Positions 28,701 through 42,036 of a stretch of DNA of 64,000 bases are shown piece after piece (position 1 is the stretch's first letter; each line of letters begins with the position of its first letter). The position numbers were made by a program, and so were the translations under genes. Below the pieces are notes generated by a model. The model ran no database searches and was not told the origin of the DNA. It saw only the letters and a list, made by a program, of their open reading frames with translations. This DNA is from Balanoglossus misakiensis (lineage: Eukaryota; Animalia; Hemichordata), in assembly GCA_040954595.2 (NCBI GenBank), contig CM082593.2, positions 1,831,730-1,895,729 of the forward strand, written 5' to 3'.

Positions 28701-31700
28701 AAATATTTTGATTGCGACCTACTGTCGAAAGGCGCACAAAAACACAGGATAGGATATGTTAATTGATGTGACTGTTTCCCATGTCTCTTGTGGTGGATAT
28801 TCGCCATCATCTTTTGCAAACGGACTTTTAAGCTACGATGACGTAGTTACCGCTGCGGTAAATATTAAACTAAGCAACGATTTGCAAGGCCAGTGTGGTG
28901 GAATATGTTTATTATTGTTTCTAGGCAACGACTGGTTTGTTATAAGTACTGTTACCTTGATGTGTTATTTTTGTCCTTTTCCAGTTGAAAGCGATATCCA
29001 ATTTGCCCGAAGGTATCTGGATTAAAAGCAGTCTGATAGCAATTGAATAGTCGCAGCGATCTGTCAAATTCTGATGAAGTTTTAACTCTCTTTTTAACTT
29101 GGTGAATATTCGCCGAGGTTCGCGTACTTAAGTGGTTCTGTCACAAGTGACATAACCTGAACGAGATCTCTTGCATGTTTCCATAGTGATGGGCAGGATA
29201 ATTGCTTTAGATCAGGTCCAAATTAAAACAATGTTGATCAACGTGTTCTGGAACAATAAGATTTATAATTATTTGGAACTTGAAATATTACAGTTGCGGC
29301 TACGTATACGCAATTCTTTTCATTTCGTTGTATCTCCAAGTTGTTTTGCAAGTCTTGAACCCATTTTATTCATCACTTAACCAAAATGTATATCCATCGT
29401 ATAAAAAACCCCATTGCCATAGAAACGAAACAATTTGAGGCACAATAAACGCTAAGTAAATGTTCGTTGTGAAACTGGTGACTCATAACGGGAAAATAGA
29501 AATGTTGTCATTCAGTTCACACCTTATTTTTTCTCGCGATAATGTTGGAATGCTTAGTGATGTAAATTATCGCAATGAATGGCATTTTGTAATATCAACT
29601 CTCCTAAATGCATTCCACCGTCATTTTGTTTGACACTTCAAATTTGTCTCCGCTTCTTTCAGTCAACTCGTTTTTAAATTGCTTGTTGGCGGAAGGTAGC
29701 AATCGCAGGAAAATCGGATGTACACATGCAGGCTTAAATTGTCTAGCGTCGCTTGGGTATACAACATTTCAGTTGTCCAAAAAAGAACGAAAGTGCCGCA
29801 CTTAAAGGTTCCAAATGCAGCTCACGTAGCCTTTTGTTATTTTATCCATAGCCTTCCGATGCATTTACGATGTCCATACGCGTAGCTAAATTTATATACA
29901 CAAACTCCTCTTACGCTTTTAGGGTATTTTCATCTTGATATCGCGAAACCTAGTCAGTTCCATTGTGTTGATGATCGTTAGGTTTGCTGAAAATATTGAA
30001 TGTACGATTTTACTGTGTCAAGGAAGCCTCACATGGAATTATTATTTATAACAAATAACGAAAATCCGAGACATAAAAAGCGGCACAGCATTCAGAAATA
30101 GATACATATTTGCGAGTGTTGCATATGACAGGCGTTCAGATAAAATTTGCATCCATGGCAAGGAATTGTTGATATATGAATGCACATTCGCGAGAAAAAA
30201 AGACACGCCCATAGTCTAACACCAACTGGCCCAGATAGTAGTTCTTAATTACACGCCATGATGAATTGAGAAGTTCGTCGATGTCACTTAAAATTAGGTG
30301 ATCGGCGGGGTTACCAGAGGAGAATTATGACCACACGATAATTGCTGTCGACGCTGTTGATTTACATTCCGATACGTTATCGGTGAAAAAAAATTCCTTA
30401 GACAGCAGAAGCCTCACTTAAGAATTATGACATGTTGCACGATATAGCTTTATCGCTAACCCAACTGGGAAGTCGGGAGAGATCGATTGATATCCCTTCG
30501 TGATTATCCAGTAAAAGATGATTAAAATATTCTATTAATTACGTTAATGTGATTCAGGGCCTTCTGTTACACTATTTTTATCATAATATTTATATGAAAC
30601 GTTCGTTTCGACCCAAAATAAATATTAAACGTCGCTCTCGAAAACGCGCTCCGTACGTATCTCGGGCGGGCCACACGTTATACGGACATCGACAGAAGAA
30701 TTGGGCGCACTTGTGCTACTTTATGGATTTTACGAGGGAGTTTATAAAAGATTTATCTAATAACTTTTATGATTTAAGATGATTTCTTGGAATTTTGTTG
30801 CGTGTTCATAAAGCCAGCTATCAGAGTGCACGCATGATGGAGTCACTCGAGCTAGTCACTTAACTGTGCATCAGTATTTGACGCACGCCACGGTAATAGC
30901 TCTTAGCGGAACAATTATACTCCTTGTCACCAGAAGAGATAATCCCTCTTTGTATGTTTTAAGAAGCGCATTATTACGACTAATGCTCACAATAATGTTA
31001 CCTTCTAATCAATAATGCGTCAAATCCGCACAATCGATCACACGAACCAAAAGAATGAGAAAAATACTGTAAAACTGTTCTAGTTTTCATGTACTTTGAG
31101 TGCGTCACGTTTATGTGCTCGTCATACCGTGAACGACGGGTAGATGACTACATGTACGTGTTCGGGAAGTACTTGAAACTTGTAAAACCCGTGGAAATAT
31201 ATCAAGTTTTCTGTTTATCATCCGGGTACACCCAAGTCTCTTTTTATGCCGTTGAAAATTCTGAATGGGCCGGGAAAATATGTCATGTTATTCGGTCGCC
31301 TTGGTAAATGTACTCTGCGTCTGAAAAGCCCGGATGTTGACATGGTCTATTGGAATCCTTTGTGAGAGAATTGAATATCGAAAGACTCAAATGAAAGGAA
31401 AAGCAATTTCATTATATCTGCGATGTCGTTGTGCCAATAAATTCACAATCTTAATCGATTTGTTGTGTGTTCAACCCAATCGAGATATATAACTGCTTTC
31501 CTCGATTTTCTTTGCGAAATATAATTACTGACAATGTCGGCATGCCATTTTCTACGGCACCAATAAACATTTAATTTACCAACGGGTATTGGCAGACACA
31601 CGTCGCGCGGGTTGAACTAATTTGCACCTTATTTGAACAATTTGACACTTGATATTCATAACTGTAAATGTATGTTTAGTGATTGGCAAAATGAATACTC

Positions 31701-34700
31701 TCTCTCTCCCACAACTCAGAACATGCCCAACCTAAAACGAGCACGAATGCTTGTCGTGACAAGAAAAACAATGAATGTGCTTATAACTGCAGTTTTGCAT
31801 ACCATGTAAATGGTGCAAATATGCAGATGGTGCAAATATGCAGATATACACACAATAACTCAAGATTAGGCCAATTCAACAGTGTGAAGGTTACTGGCCT
31901 CTGCACTCGAGTAAAGACAATGCGAGATTTCTCACTGTGGTTACCGACCGCCGTTAATCATAATTCCAAAATGTGTTGAAACGGAGCATGTTACATCAAA
32001 CGCATGATTAATAACTGCACGAGTATTATAGCGCGGAAATGCGCGTCGCTGTTGTCACGACAACAATGCATCTGGGCAGCTGTCACGTATTAACTTTATT
32101 TTGACAGGCTTGTTGCGACTGCCCTTTAAAGCCCCGTGTAAAGCCTGCCAGCACGATTTGGAAACATCGTTCGAGTTTCAAAATCCCACCAATACATTCA
32201 TAATAATCGCACTTCCTCGATTAAATGTGGTGTAATAAAAAAGGGTAAAATACAGGACAGATTTTGTTTGTTCCAATAAGTTGTTCCCATGTCCGGTCGA
32301 TATTCAGAAACTGAATTAAATTTTGGACGATTTTTTCTATCTTACAGAAAATGGATCTCAAGAACGAGAAGTCGCAAAAATAATATATCAAACTGGATTT
32401 TATGAACATTATACGTGTAGCAATGGAATTCCAAATGCACTTAAGGTAAGAATGCGTACGGAAACTTGGCTATTCTGAAGAAACCGGAAGTGCCTCACAA
32501 ATATTGGAAGTGAAATGGGTTAAGAAAATAATATGGTAGTTATTTTGTGTCGCTTAAAGGTATTCCAGAGTTACTAGTAAATGACAATGCGCCGAATCAA
32601 TTACACGCATGTATACGTCGTGTCTGTCGGTAAAGATTTGAAGGAGAACAGTGCCTAAGGAGCTACGTTCGGTAAACGTAGAACATCAATGACTGCTGTT
32701 GTTAACAAAATAAGCGTCAAACTTCAAAACTCTCATTGTCGCTGTCCGTAAACATATGCGCTACGTCGGAATGAGCTACTCTTTTGGACGGCCGCGGTTC
32801 GGTAATTCAATGTGACATCGCCAAGGGATCTCGGCTTGAGTCTCCCATGTGACTCAAATGTTAATTATGGAAAGTGGGAGACTATTTACAGAATCAACAA
32901 ATGCAATTTAACAGCCGATGAGTATACGTATTTACCTTAATTATTGAATTTCTCAGTTTAATTTAACGCATGTCCAATTCAACGAGGATAGGGTGAATGC
33001 AAGGGACATTATGCTTTATGGCTACACAAAGAACGATTATTGATTTAGTGAAAAACCAAAAAAAAACATTCTCCATTTTAATAGCTTTGAATTCTGGACG
33101 TGGCCTACTTACTGATTTTGAGAAATGCACTTTATTATTGACTCGAATTTCTACTTATACGGGGAGATTCCAAACTGTTGAATGAAATCGATTGAATGAA
33201 TAAATGTCGACCGATGACGATTTTGCCTGACAGTCAAAATTTCTCGCGTTCATATTGACACTGACAATGGGTATTTTCATGTTATCTGTGAGAACAAACC
33301 ACGCTTACTTCCTATAGTCACGGGTAAATTATCTCGCTTGATTTCCCACCCTTTCCCCCAAAAATGTATCGGCGTTCTTCAGCTACGCATGCGTGAATTA
33401 TTTGTGAAATTACTTTCAATTGAACATAAAAATGTGATATGGATGAAAAGAAAGAAAGGAATCAACGAAAAGGCTTTAGAGAGAAATATCATGTACAGCC
33501 ACATTATATGAGATGAGCGCATCCGATATTCATACATTTTAAGTGTACTGTTACTTGATTTGCGAAACGCCTGTCTATCTTTTGTCCAGGCTAGAAACAG
33601 ATGGTGTTTGATATATTGCCACAAAACCATATCATGGCAGCTGACCTAATTTGATCGGTTATTCGATGGTGGTAAATGTACTGTCAGGGTGAAGGTATAT
33701 TCTGTTGAATAGGTGGGTGGAAGATAGGTACAGTTGTAGTATGGCCAAAACAGTTAACAGTTTGCGCTGGTTGGTTGTACTTATTATATATGGGCTAGTT
33801 GTGGAGGACACTTGGGTTGGAAAGACCAGATGATATAGTAGTGTACAGGGTGCAATGGTTGATGGTTTGGAGGATTCTGTCAGCTAAGTTCGAGGGGTGT
33901 ATCGTTTGCTGGCTACCGGGCGTGGTACAGTGATGGAAGGATACGGGTCTTTTGTATGCACTGAGAGTCAGCGTCCGGGTAGATGGATAACTTGAAATAT
34001 TGTATAAATAGATGTTTTAAACCATGAAAGCAGGGTATATAGTTTGAATGATATGTATATAAGGGTTTATGGGAAGAGAAGCAGAGATGGAAAGTGTTGG
34101 ATCGGCTCATTTTTAGCAAAATTAACACGAGGAACATCTGGTTCCACTAAGTTCGCTTGGATTGGCTAAAATACGTGTCTACTTTCGGGCAAGCATCCTT
34201 GGCCAGAAGAAGGATTTCCCTTATTGTGTCTTGGGCGGAATTCGGGAGTGGTTGAATTCAATTACTTAATTGATGTTGAAATGTATTAAATAAGAGGCCT
34301 AGAGGACAGCCAGGTCAGGTGGAAATATCTCTTCTCGCAGGTAATTCAGTGGTCAGGATCATCAATCGATATTAAGCATCGCGATAAAGGCGAGTGATGT
34401 TCTCGGGGAAACCCGGGGAGTAAATTACACGTAGAAAAGAAGCTGCAAGCAATTAGTTTATAGTGCGTTGTCTAGGTTATGTATCATTTATCGATCGTAT
34501 TGTGACAGAACTGTGGTCAGGCCTTCTGGTACGAGATCTGCTTTGTTCCATCACTTAACTTGTGGGCACTTAAATTCTATAATGCATGATGTTTTTAATT
34601 AATCATGCGATCTTGCAACAGACAAGCGCAGATCTAATACCGGGATCAAACTTTTATGTAGCTCAATCTTTACACAACTTCGTTCACTTGTCCGCTCACC

Positions 34701-35859
34701 TTGCGTCACATTAATACAGGAAAGGGTGCATGTTGACGGCCCGGTCAGCTTTGCTGAGATCGTTATGTACAATTAAACTTTTATGGACGGTGGATTTCTG
34801 TATGTAGATCTGAGTCAGGAACAACAACCCGCTGAAAATATGAATAATCGCCCACCTAGAGTTAAAATTAGCACCTCGGTGCTGTGCCTACCATGTCGTT
34901 CAGACCACAACATCTATTCCAGCAATGATTAAACCATGATGTGTGTAATATGATGCCAACGGACACTGTAATGGATAGGCGCGATGGAAAGACGTCCATC
35001 CACCGTCAATATTAAGGTGCTGAAGGAATTACTGACGGGTATTTAATGAATGTCTTCCGCGACATGATACCATGTGGCGTTTCGGCTTATTGCAATGAAA
35101 CAGCGCTTTCGGACAAATTCCTCCTCGCTGTCGTTTGAACAAAAAATATAAATAGCCTATAATTTCATCATTATGCTAAAATCGAGTTACTGTGCAATCC
35201 TCGCGTATGCTGTACCTTCAGCTTTTGGCGAGAGTGATGCGCACAAACTTTTAATGCAATGCAAGTGTCATCTGGTAGAGTATAATTTTGCGGATCATTG
35301 ACTTACCAACGTTCTGGTCTATGTTTTTGCGCTCCTTTTTCTGCGCCAGTTCCACTACCTGGGCTAACGACATTCCGCCGACGTTGTGCTTGAAATTTCG
35401 GCTGCTACCGGAGGCAAACATCTCCAAGTTATCTGCCGCGCCTGCGCTTCCATCTGTGGAGACATCCAGGAGCGTGTCGGCACCGACTTCGTCTCCGCCG
35501 CGCTCAACTGTTGAAACGTTGCCGTTTCCGCACAGCACTGCCGTTGTCTCATCGGGAGTCTGCTCGCCTTCGGAATCGCCGTTTCCCGCCGGCGGCGCGC
35601 TGATCCACGAACTCATCCCTCCCTCTGCATCATCCGACACTGAAACAACAGAGTCATCATCATCGTCTTCTACCTGGAATTGTACGCTCTTCACTTTCAC
35701 GGCCACATCGGCCTCCATCTCGTGCAAGTCTCGTGCGCCGTTAGCGTTAACATCCTCGAGACTGACCTGTAACCCCACGTTGACTGTTGCCCAACGTGGT
35801 GTGCCCAGGGGGGATGGTGGTGCTTCGCGAAGCGGGGAAGTTGGGTCCCGGTCACTCAT
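16092..35859 (-). CDS. SLC4A11: SLC4A11/BTR1-like SLC4-family membrane transporter, 18 coding exons, ~987 aa
   Basis: Phase-consistent GT-AG exons: 35307-35859, 25809-25888, 24375-24576, 24030-24111, 23714-23837, 23316-23429, 22926-23036, 22669-22750, 22374-22499, 20535-20648, 19217-19423, 18680-18971, 18068-18174, 17538-17706, 17185-17358, 16669-16864, 16285-16454, 16092-16152 (2964 nt incl. TAG). Motifs typical of SLC4A11: RDFQREVR, VRFVVLVLAP, DLKRRIPHYKSDFQDG, GGQPL, NSPENKLKKGTSYHWDL, VRETRLT, EQSAYPPSHYVRRVPQRKMH, PKIIEKKYLESLD. Linking the first two coding exons rests on phase match only. Ortholog versus paralog status is not resolved. Confidence 0.92.
16954..17131. mobile_element. Palindromic MITE (non-autonomous DNA transposon) with 9-bp TSD, possibly Academ-type
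   Basis: TIRs TAGCCAGACCTCGCTCTATCCTTCGACGGCATA / TATGCCGTTGAAAGATAGAGCGCAAGTCTGGCTA. The inner arms also pair. Direct repeat ACACATGTA at 16945-16953 and 17132-17140. The element starts with TAG. Confidence 0.8.
18535..18641. repeat. Compound (TC)n/(TCTG)n microsatellite
   Basis: Directly visible in an SLC4A11-like intron. Confidence 0.85.
21412..21766. mobile_element. Degenerate non-autonomous DNA transposon remnant with TTAA-AGG...CCT-TTAA ends (Kolobok/piggyBac-like termini)
   Basis: TTAAAGG at 21412 and CCTTTAA at 21760-21766. Internal GGCGGCCATTTTGAATTTCAAA and GTGACCCC motifs have the look of interspersed repeats. TIR match beyond AGG is poor, so the left boundary is uncertain. Confidence 0.35.
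25723..25800. repeat. (CA)n microsatellite with (CAAA)n tail
   Basis: Directly visible, immediately intronic of the donor at 25808. Confidence 0.95.
33660..34300 (-). mobile_element. Decayed Penelope-like retroelement fragment (RT thumb/linker towards GIY-YIG)
   Basis: Frameshifted minus-strand peptides in the expected order: PRHNKGNPSSGQ (cf. HP.HTK.SIP.SQ), KPLYTYHS (cf. PLV.TYHP), PSNLADRIL (cf. P.NL.D.L), TTSPYI (cf. C.TCPYI). Recognised by eye only. Confidence 0.45.
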
Positions 35860-38800
35860 TCTATCAGTTTGTATATGTCTCTCCCCGGGCAGGGCATTTG
35901 GGTCTCTCTCTCCACAATCCGACTTAGTGAACACCGTTCACCTGACGTCGAATCCCCTAAAAAAAGAAACAAAAGAGTGTGATGAATGTTTAATCTAAAA
36001 TTGCAGGGTCGATTCCTGGCGATCAACAGCGTATTTAAAGCTAACAGCTGTCAACTTTGTATTGATTTCCAAATGCGGGTAGAAAATCTATATTACACAA
36101 GCAAATGACAAATAGGCGTGTAAACCCCCCTCCCGAAGTGGCAATTATCGCAACAGGAGGGGAAAGTGAGGGTGTGGTGGGTTTCCCCAATATCGACGGA
36201 ATTGAGTTCAGTGACTGCGCCATATTTTTAATTAGGAGAAAAACGTCAACACTGGTAGTTCAACCGGGTGTCAGTTCTCTTCAGACACTGCCTGAGATCA
36301 GTTCAACACCCAGCATTCCAAAGGAATTCGAAGTCACATCTCATACCCAATATAATCGCTCACACAGAGAATCTAACTTTCATTTCTCGTCAATTACGCA
36401 TGAAATTATCTGGGGTGCAAAGATCGATCGTACAGAAATCGCCAGTGGACTTTCATCCTCATTAGTCAACGCGTCCATCCCGTTTAAATCACCCGTCACT
36501 ATGGTTTTTGCGTCCCGCGCAGCTTGACTCTCACCGGTCATAATTCTTGTTTTGATGTCTTCTCGAGCTGAAGACTACTGACAGAAGTTGAGGCCTAGAA
36601 TTCTTTGTGGAATTCCGCACCTTTCTTCTTTCGGGGCATTTTTATGATACAATCATGTGTCTTCAGGAATCATATCTGCCAAGTTTATCTGTCGATATCA
36701 TCTGTGCAGTTTGAGAGGCCGAAGTGAAGTTTGCTTAGTCAAGCTCGATCATGACATGCCCCATCTTGAGGGCGATGGATGTGTCCCCATGGAAACAGGC
36801 TTGTAGCAGGTGCAATGACGCGATGCTTCATCTGGTCTAATTAGTCAAGTAATTAGCTTATTTCAAGATTCTGCCTAAACTGCCGGTGACAAGGGAATCG
36901 ATCTTGCAAGTCTTTTAACGGTAGTGCGAATACATAATTAAGCTGTGGAAATGGGGCACCAAAGGAACCGCTTGAACGGCTGGAAGCGATGCATGATGGT
37001 CACGACTCGTCCGCCCCATCAGAAAGAATTCAGTCGAATTTGCAGCCGAGTAGTGTATCGTCCTAAAATTATAAGTCTCACTGAGTATTTGGCTTGGAGT
37101 TTTTCCTCATTGACCAATTACCAATTTGCAACAATGAACTGCGTCAACCCCATTTTGTTTCCATCCAGAATTCATTTGCGATTAGGCGCTGGTTGTTTTC
37201 GCTAATTAGTCAGCGTGTGAACCCCTAATTATCACCATTGTGTACATATCATGCATATTGTCAACAGAAAGCAATCGATACTAATGGTTTACCTCTGACC
37301 ATGATCTTTTGGTTTCTATGCGTTATTGTGTGACGTCACGCTTTGTTACACCTTATCTGGCAATGATTGTGCTTTTTAAAACAACCCTGTCATTTCAAAA
37401 GATATCGTGCTTTTCTTTCAAACTGCTCTAAATTTTTCGACTCTATTAGTTCCTAAAAATCTATAAATCCGGAGGGATTTTACCCGCGCATTAAAATAAA
37501 GTGAACACCTACCCAAATGAAAATGTCCCCGCGGTTAAGTCTCCGATTTCGATATTTCCCCCGGGTCTCTTTATATTGCAGGGAACACTATCCCTAAGCT
37601 TCCAATATTATTTGACCACAAGGTTCTGTGTTAATTCTTATGAAAGGAATGATTGAATTCCGACCATCTTGCAACAACTTCAACGTTTCTCGTTGATAGA
37701 ATAACCAGATAACCACCCGTAAATTGTACATTAAGCTGGTTGACTATGGCAATGATTCTGAAGAAACATTAAAAATGTCCAGGTAATGAATGTATATGTT
37801 TCTCACATCGTGATAGTGGTAATATCCAATATGGGGGAGAGGGGTGGACGCATACTTGGTTCTATGGATTCCTCGAGGATAATTCCATCAAGGAATGGTT
37901 GTTTATGAAAAGATCTGTCGCTGTTTCCAGGGTAATCAATTTTCAAAAGTCTTGCGAAGGCTTTGATTTATTCCGATAGTCACGCGATTACATCATATGG
38001 TTGCGAAGGATGACCTTCGACGCATATGCACATTACTCAGTTTCAATAGACACTATTCCAATAAAAAGCAACTAACTTCGGATAAACTACATCTGGTTTC
38101 CTTGTTAGCAGCAAAAAATCGATATTACTTCCCCCTCGCACATATTATCATCAGAGTAACCACTGAAATATTGAGCACTGGTGTATTGAGCTTTGATGCT
38201 CACGGAATTCATGTTGCCGCAATAACGTTGCAGATCACAGACTGTGTTGCAGATGTTACAAAACAAACATGCATCTCTTTTTGTTATTTTTCTATATTCC
38301 AAAGTTTAATGTTTTTTTTTGGATGACCATGTTGTTATCAGTGTCATTATTCTGTGTGTTTCCTCTTATGGCAACTGTTGTCTGGGTAAAATGCAAATGT
38401 GAAACTGCCAACATGTGTTCCTATACTCAGTACATGTAGACTATACAATCATGTAGTTCTATTTGATCATAGCTGTCTGTGAAATGATTGTTGTACAAGC
38501 TCGAGGTCAACCTCTGCTCCCGCCACCCCTCCGAGCCAATCCAATTCTTGAATCATGTCACATGCTCTGGAAGCAAGCTGTTTTGACAATTTTCATCTCA
38601 AAGCAAGTTGCAAGGACTTCTGGATTTTAATTAAAAACTGCGCATATGACAGGTTGAAAATAGCAGTACATGTTAGTACTTGTCCAAGGCTCAAATTCAG
38701 TCGAAATTCACGACAAGAATGTCTGTTTTATAAACTTTCTCGGAGTGAAAAAAATGTATCAAGCTTGGAATTCTTTAGATCTTTGCCAAATATCACCTGA

Positions 38801-39506
38801 TCTTGAAATGCGATCCCAAATGTAAACAGAGTTCGTCTGTAAGAATGATCTAGGATAATTTCGTTTCTTGTTAAACATTTACTGCGGGCGTCACAATGAT
38901 CGCAAGAGCACTCTGCCGTTACTAATGGCTCATCGATTTGACCTATGGATTACCACAGGGGTAATAGAATTTTATAACAGACCTAAGTCATGCAGAAGCA
39001 CCAAAACAGTTCACATACGCATGCGTCAAATACATACGTATACCGGCCATTACAGTACGTTGTTGCCTCGAAAACATGACACGGTGAAAACATATGGAAT
39101 TAAATTAATCATTTTCAGTTATAATATCAAAAGAATGTGATCTTAATTAAAAATTGTTAGTATAATTAGTGATGATGTTTATAGGACAGGCGCTATTGCA
39201 TTCATACTCCTGTGAACTGGTTGGTTGATAATATGACACTTGGAAAATATATGTTGACTTTACGGCACATGACCAGACAAGTTGGTAAATACAATTCTGA
39301 ATTTAGACGGCAATGATGAAATTGGTGGCACATTTGCATACGACATCACGGCGTGAATCTGCGATGCGGAAACACACAGCTGCCGAATATAACAGAGTCA
39401 GCGAATGTTATCCATTACGGTACATGTATTCGAAAAGTGCGTATACTGACACATTTTCGACTTTGGTGACTTTGTCATTTTTCATGGCTTATAGCTCATG
39501 GAAATT

Positions 39507-39508
<2 letters not shown>

Positions 39509-39537
<29 letters not shown>
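39509..39537. repeat. (CA)n microsatellite
   Basis: Directly visible. Confidence 0.9.
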
Positions 39538-39539
<2 letters not shown>

Positions 39540-40204
39540 GACGTTTCAATCAATGTGTCGTGACGAATAGATTAGCGTTTCGTATTGTGCGTGAGTACAG
39601 TGGATTGCGACGCGTGTTTCGTGACAGAACTGTAGCTAAATTCTACATGAATCATGTTTATGCTCAAGGCTTACACGTCCATGTGACTGTGAATGAGTGT
39701 TTGTACACGCGAGTCTTGCTGGTTATATCGGTCAACTCGAAAGCTTTGTCATATTTAGGAAAGGATGAACCTTTCAGAGGTTCTGCCCTCAGCACGACAC
39801 GACAAAAACTTGAATATCTAAAGTTGGAAGTGTAGTGAATACAGTTCCCTTCCACTGAAGGTTTCCTTTTGTTAAAACAGTCTCTCATTCAATGGTTCTG
39901 GTGGTAAACGTCACGAGAATCTGCTTATCACGTGACCAGTCATTTCGTCACTTCGCTTCTAATGATTTAATTTGCCGACTTTTTCGTTCGGCAAATGTCA
40001 CGAGGCTGATTTGCTTTTGCTGTCACGCTTTTCTCACTTTTGTGCGTAATAACAAACACATTTGGAAATACTTAGATGAGTACAATAACCTTGATTTAAA
40101 ACTAAATACATGAAAATATTGTTGGAAAGTCCAGTTACTTGTGCAACTGTACAAAAGTACTTCCATGTAGTGAAATCTCTCAGTACGTCTCTGTTTGTCT
40201 TTGT

Positions 40205-40228
40205 CCCCCCCCCCCTCTCTCTCTCTCT

Positions 40229-40283
<55 letters not shown>
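40205..40283. repeat. Poly-C/(CT)n polypyrimidine microsatellite
   Basis: Directly visible. Confidence 0.95.
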
Positions 40284-40285
<2 letters not shown>

Positions 40286-40389
40286 CGGAAATTGTTAAAA
40301 TCATTCGGCTGTTGATTACGTCAAAACAAGCTACATATTGAAACAAGTCGTCAAGACAACTTCGTCGTGTAATACTGAGAACGCTTTAC

Positions 40390-40650
40390 CTGTACACTGT
40401 ATGTCCGTGATATCCGCAGACGTCTTCCTGGAAAAATCAATTAGCCCCCATTTCCCATGACGATTTCATCCTAAACATGTTCCGAATAATTACTTCAAGT
40501 AGAACACGTTTCAAATACCGAAAACAATTTCACTGCAAACAACCCGGCGGAAAATTGCTGGCTACCGATGTACGTTGCATTACTGCGCAGAGTGGTTGAT
40601 AAACCGGCGACTGGAATTACGCAGACTTTTGTTCGACAGGAGCGGAAGGT
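40390..40650 (-). other. Candidate non-coding first exon/promoter of the SLC4A11-like gene
   Basis: The ATG exon has a strong acceptor at 35957 and an in-frame upstream stop, so an upstream UTR exon is needed. A donor CAG|GTAAAG lies at 40389 below a CpG-richer stretch. The assignment is speculative. Confidence 0.3.
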
Positions 40651-42036
40651 GACTGTCAGTTCCAGGTAATTCCACGCGAATTTGTGAAGAAAGTAGAAGC
40701 AGTTATTTGGAGGGGTCAGCCAGGCTCAGATGGATCCAGACTGAGACATGTCGCCAGGAATAGTAGGCTTGGACATATTCGCGGAGATAAAATTATGGTT
40801 TATGATAGATGAATTTCAGAATTCTAAAGGCGTAGAGTCGGCCGGCGAGACTGGTTCAATGAGCTACCGTTGTCGAGAGTAGAAAAACCCCGTAAGTCGC
40901 TTGCTGAGATTTCAGTAATCGGAATCAATTATTACCTCTGCGTGTTGCTAGGTTACCGGCGTTTCGCCCAGAAAGAGGAATTCATAAGCAGCGATAACGG
41001 TTGCATTGAAAACAATCTCAAGCAAGTCAAAGTTCACAATCATCAACATCTTTCTCGAGAAAATAATTTGGGATAGGTAACGATGATGTTGAGGTCATCA
41101 CTCTTTCTAGAATATATTTGCATATAATTGTCACCAACCTGACAAGTGACATTTGTTTTTGATTGACTTAAATTTGTCCACACTGCGGGTCAGTTTTTTG
41201 ACAAGAATTTTAGTGAGCATTTTAGCATAAGCCCTAGTTTCCATACAAAACAAATCATGAAAAAATACCTATGTTTCGACTGCTGTTATATTAAATTTTG
41301 ACCCGTGTTTATTCGATACAAAACTTCTGTTCCAACTTTGAACTTTATTTGTAGACAAACCACACAGCAACTGGACTTGGTTGTTTCATTTTATTACTAA
41401 AACGTATCTCTCAAGAAAGACAAAGATCACAATCATCAACATCTTTCTCTTGCAAGAAAATAATTTGGGGTAAACACAAACGGGGGTAACGATGTATATA
41501 AAGCACGCCCTCAACAGCCACAAACCTAAATCTTCATGGAAATAAATATTGTCATCGTTGAGGGCGCATTGCATCATCTCATAATAACACAAGTCATTTG
41601 AAATGTACATCGGAAAATTGCGGTCTGACTAAATCTTCAATATAGCAACATCTCATTTCTTTCTCCAAGACAGCGAAACCAATGTTTTGAGTTTCATGCG
41701 GTCAAATTTTAGCAGCTCAAAATCATGCTTATTTATCATTATATCTATAATACACACTGAAGAAAATCAAATTTGAGAGTCAAGTAGAAATAAAATATAC
41801 CGAAAGAACAAACATTGGAGTTTACACAAGAATTTGAGAAGATAAAACTACTCAGTCCTGTATCACAAAATCACGGCAATATTGACATTTTGAATGCCTT
41901 CAAGATCAATATGAAATATTTACAACACAAATTTTCTAGCCTACCTCCCTACCTAGAAGCCCTATTTCTGAAAAGAATGTCATTAAGACCTTACAATATT
42001 TATTTGCAATATTTAGTGTCTGTCACATGGCATCAA

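Noticed and set aside
31001-31090. ATG-initiated alternative first exon (MKTRTVLQ...) in the large intron
   Set aside because: Its donor is phase 2, whereas the downstream exon needs phase 1.
9684-31845. Small local duplications (16 bp at ~9684, 21 bp at ~27551/27635, 18 bp at ~31810)
   Set aside because: Ordinary slippage-type duplications with no associated structure.
35288-36527. Plus-strand 236-aa and 140-aa ORFs
   Set aside because: The first is the antisense shadow of the GC-rich SLC4A11-like exon. The second has no recognisable domain or splice support.
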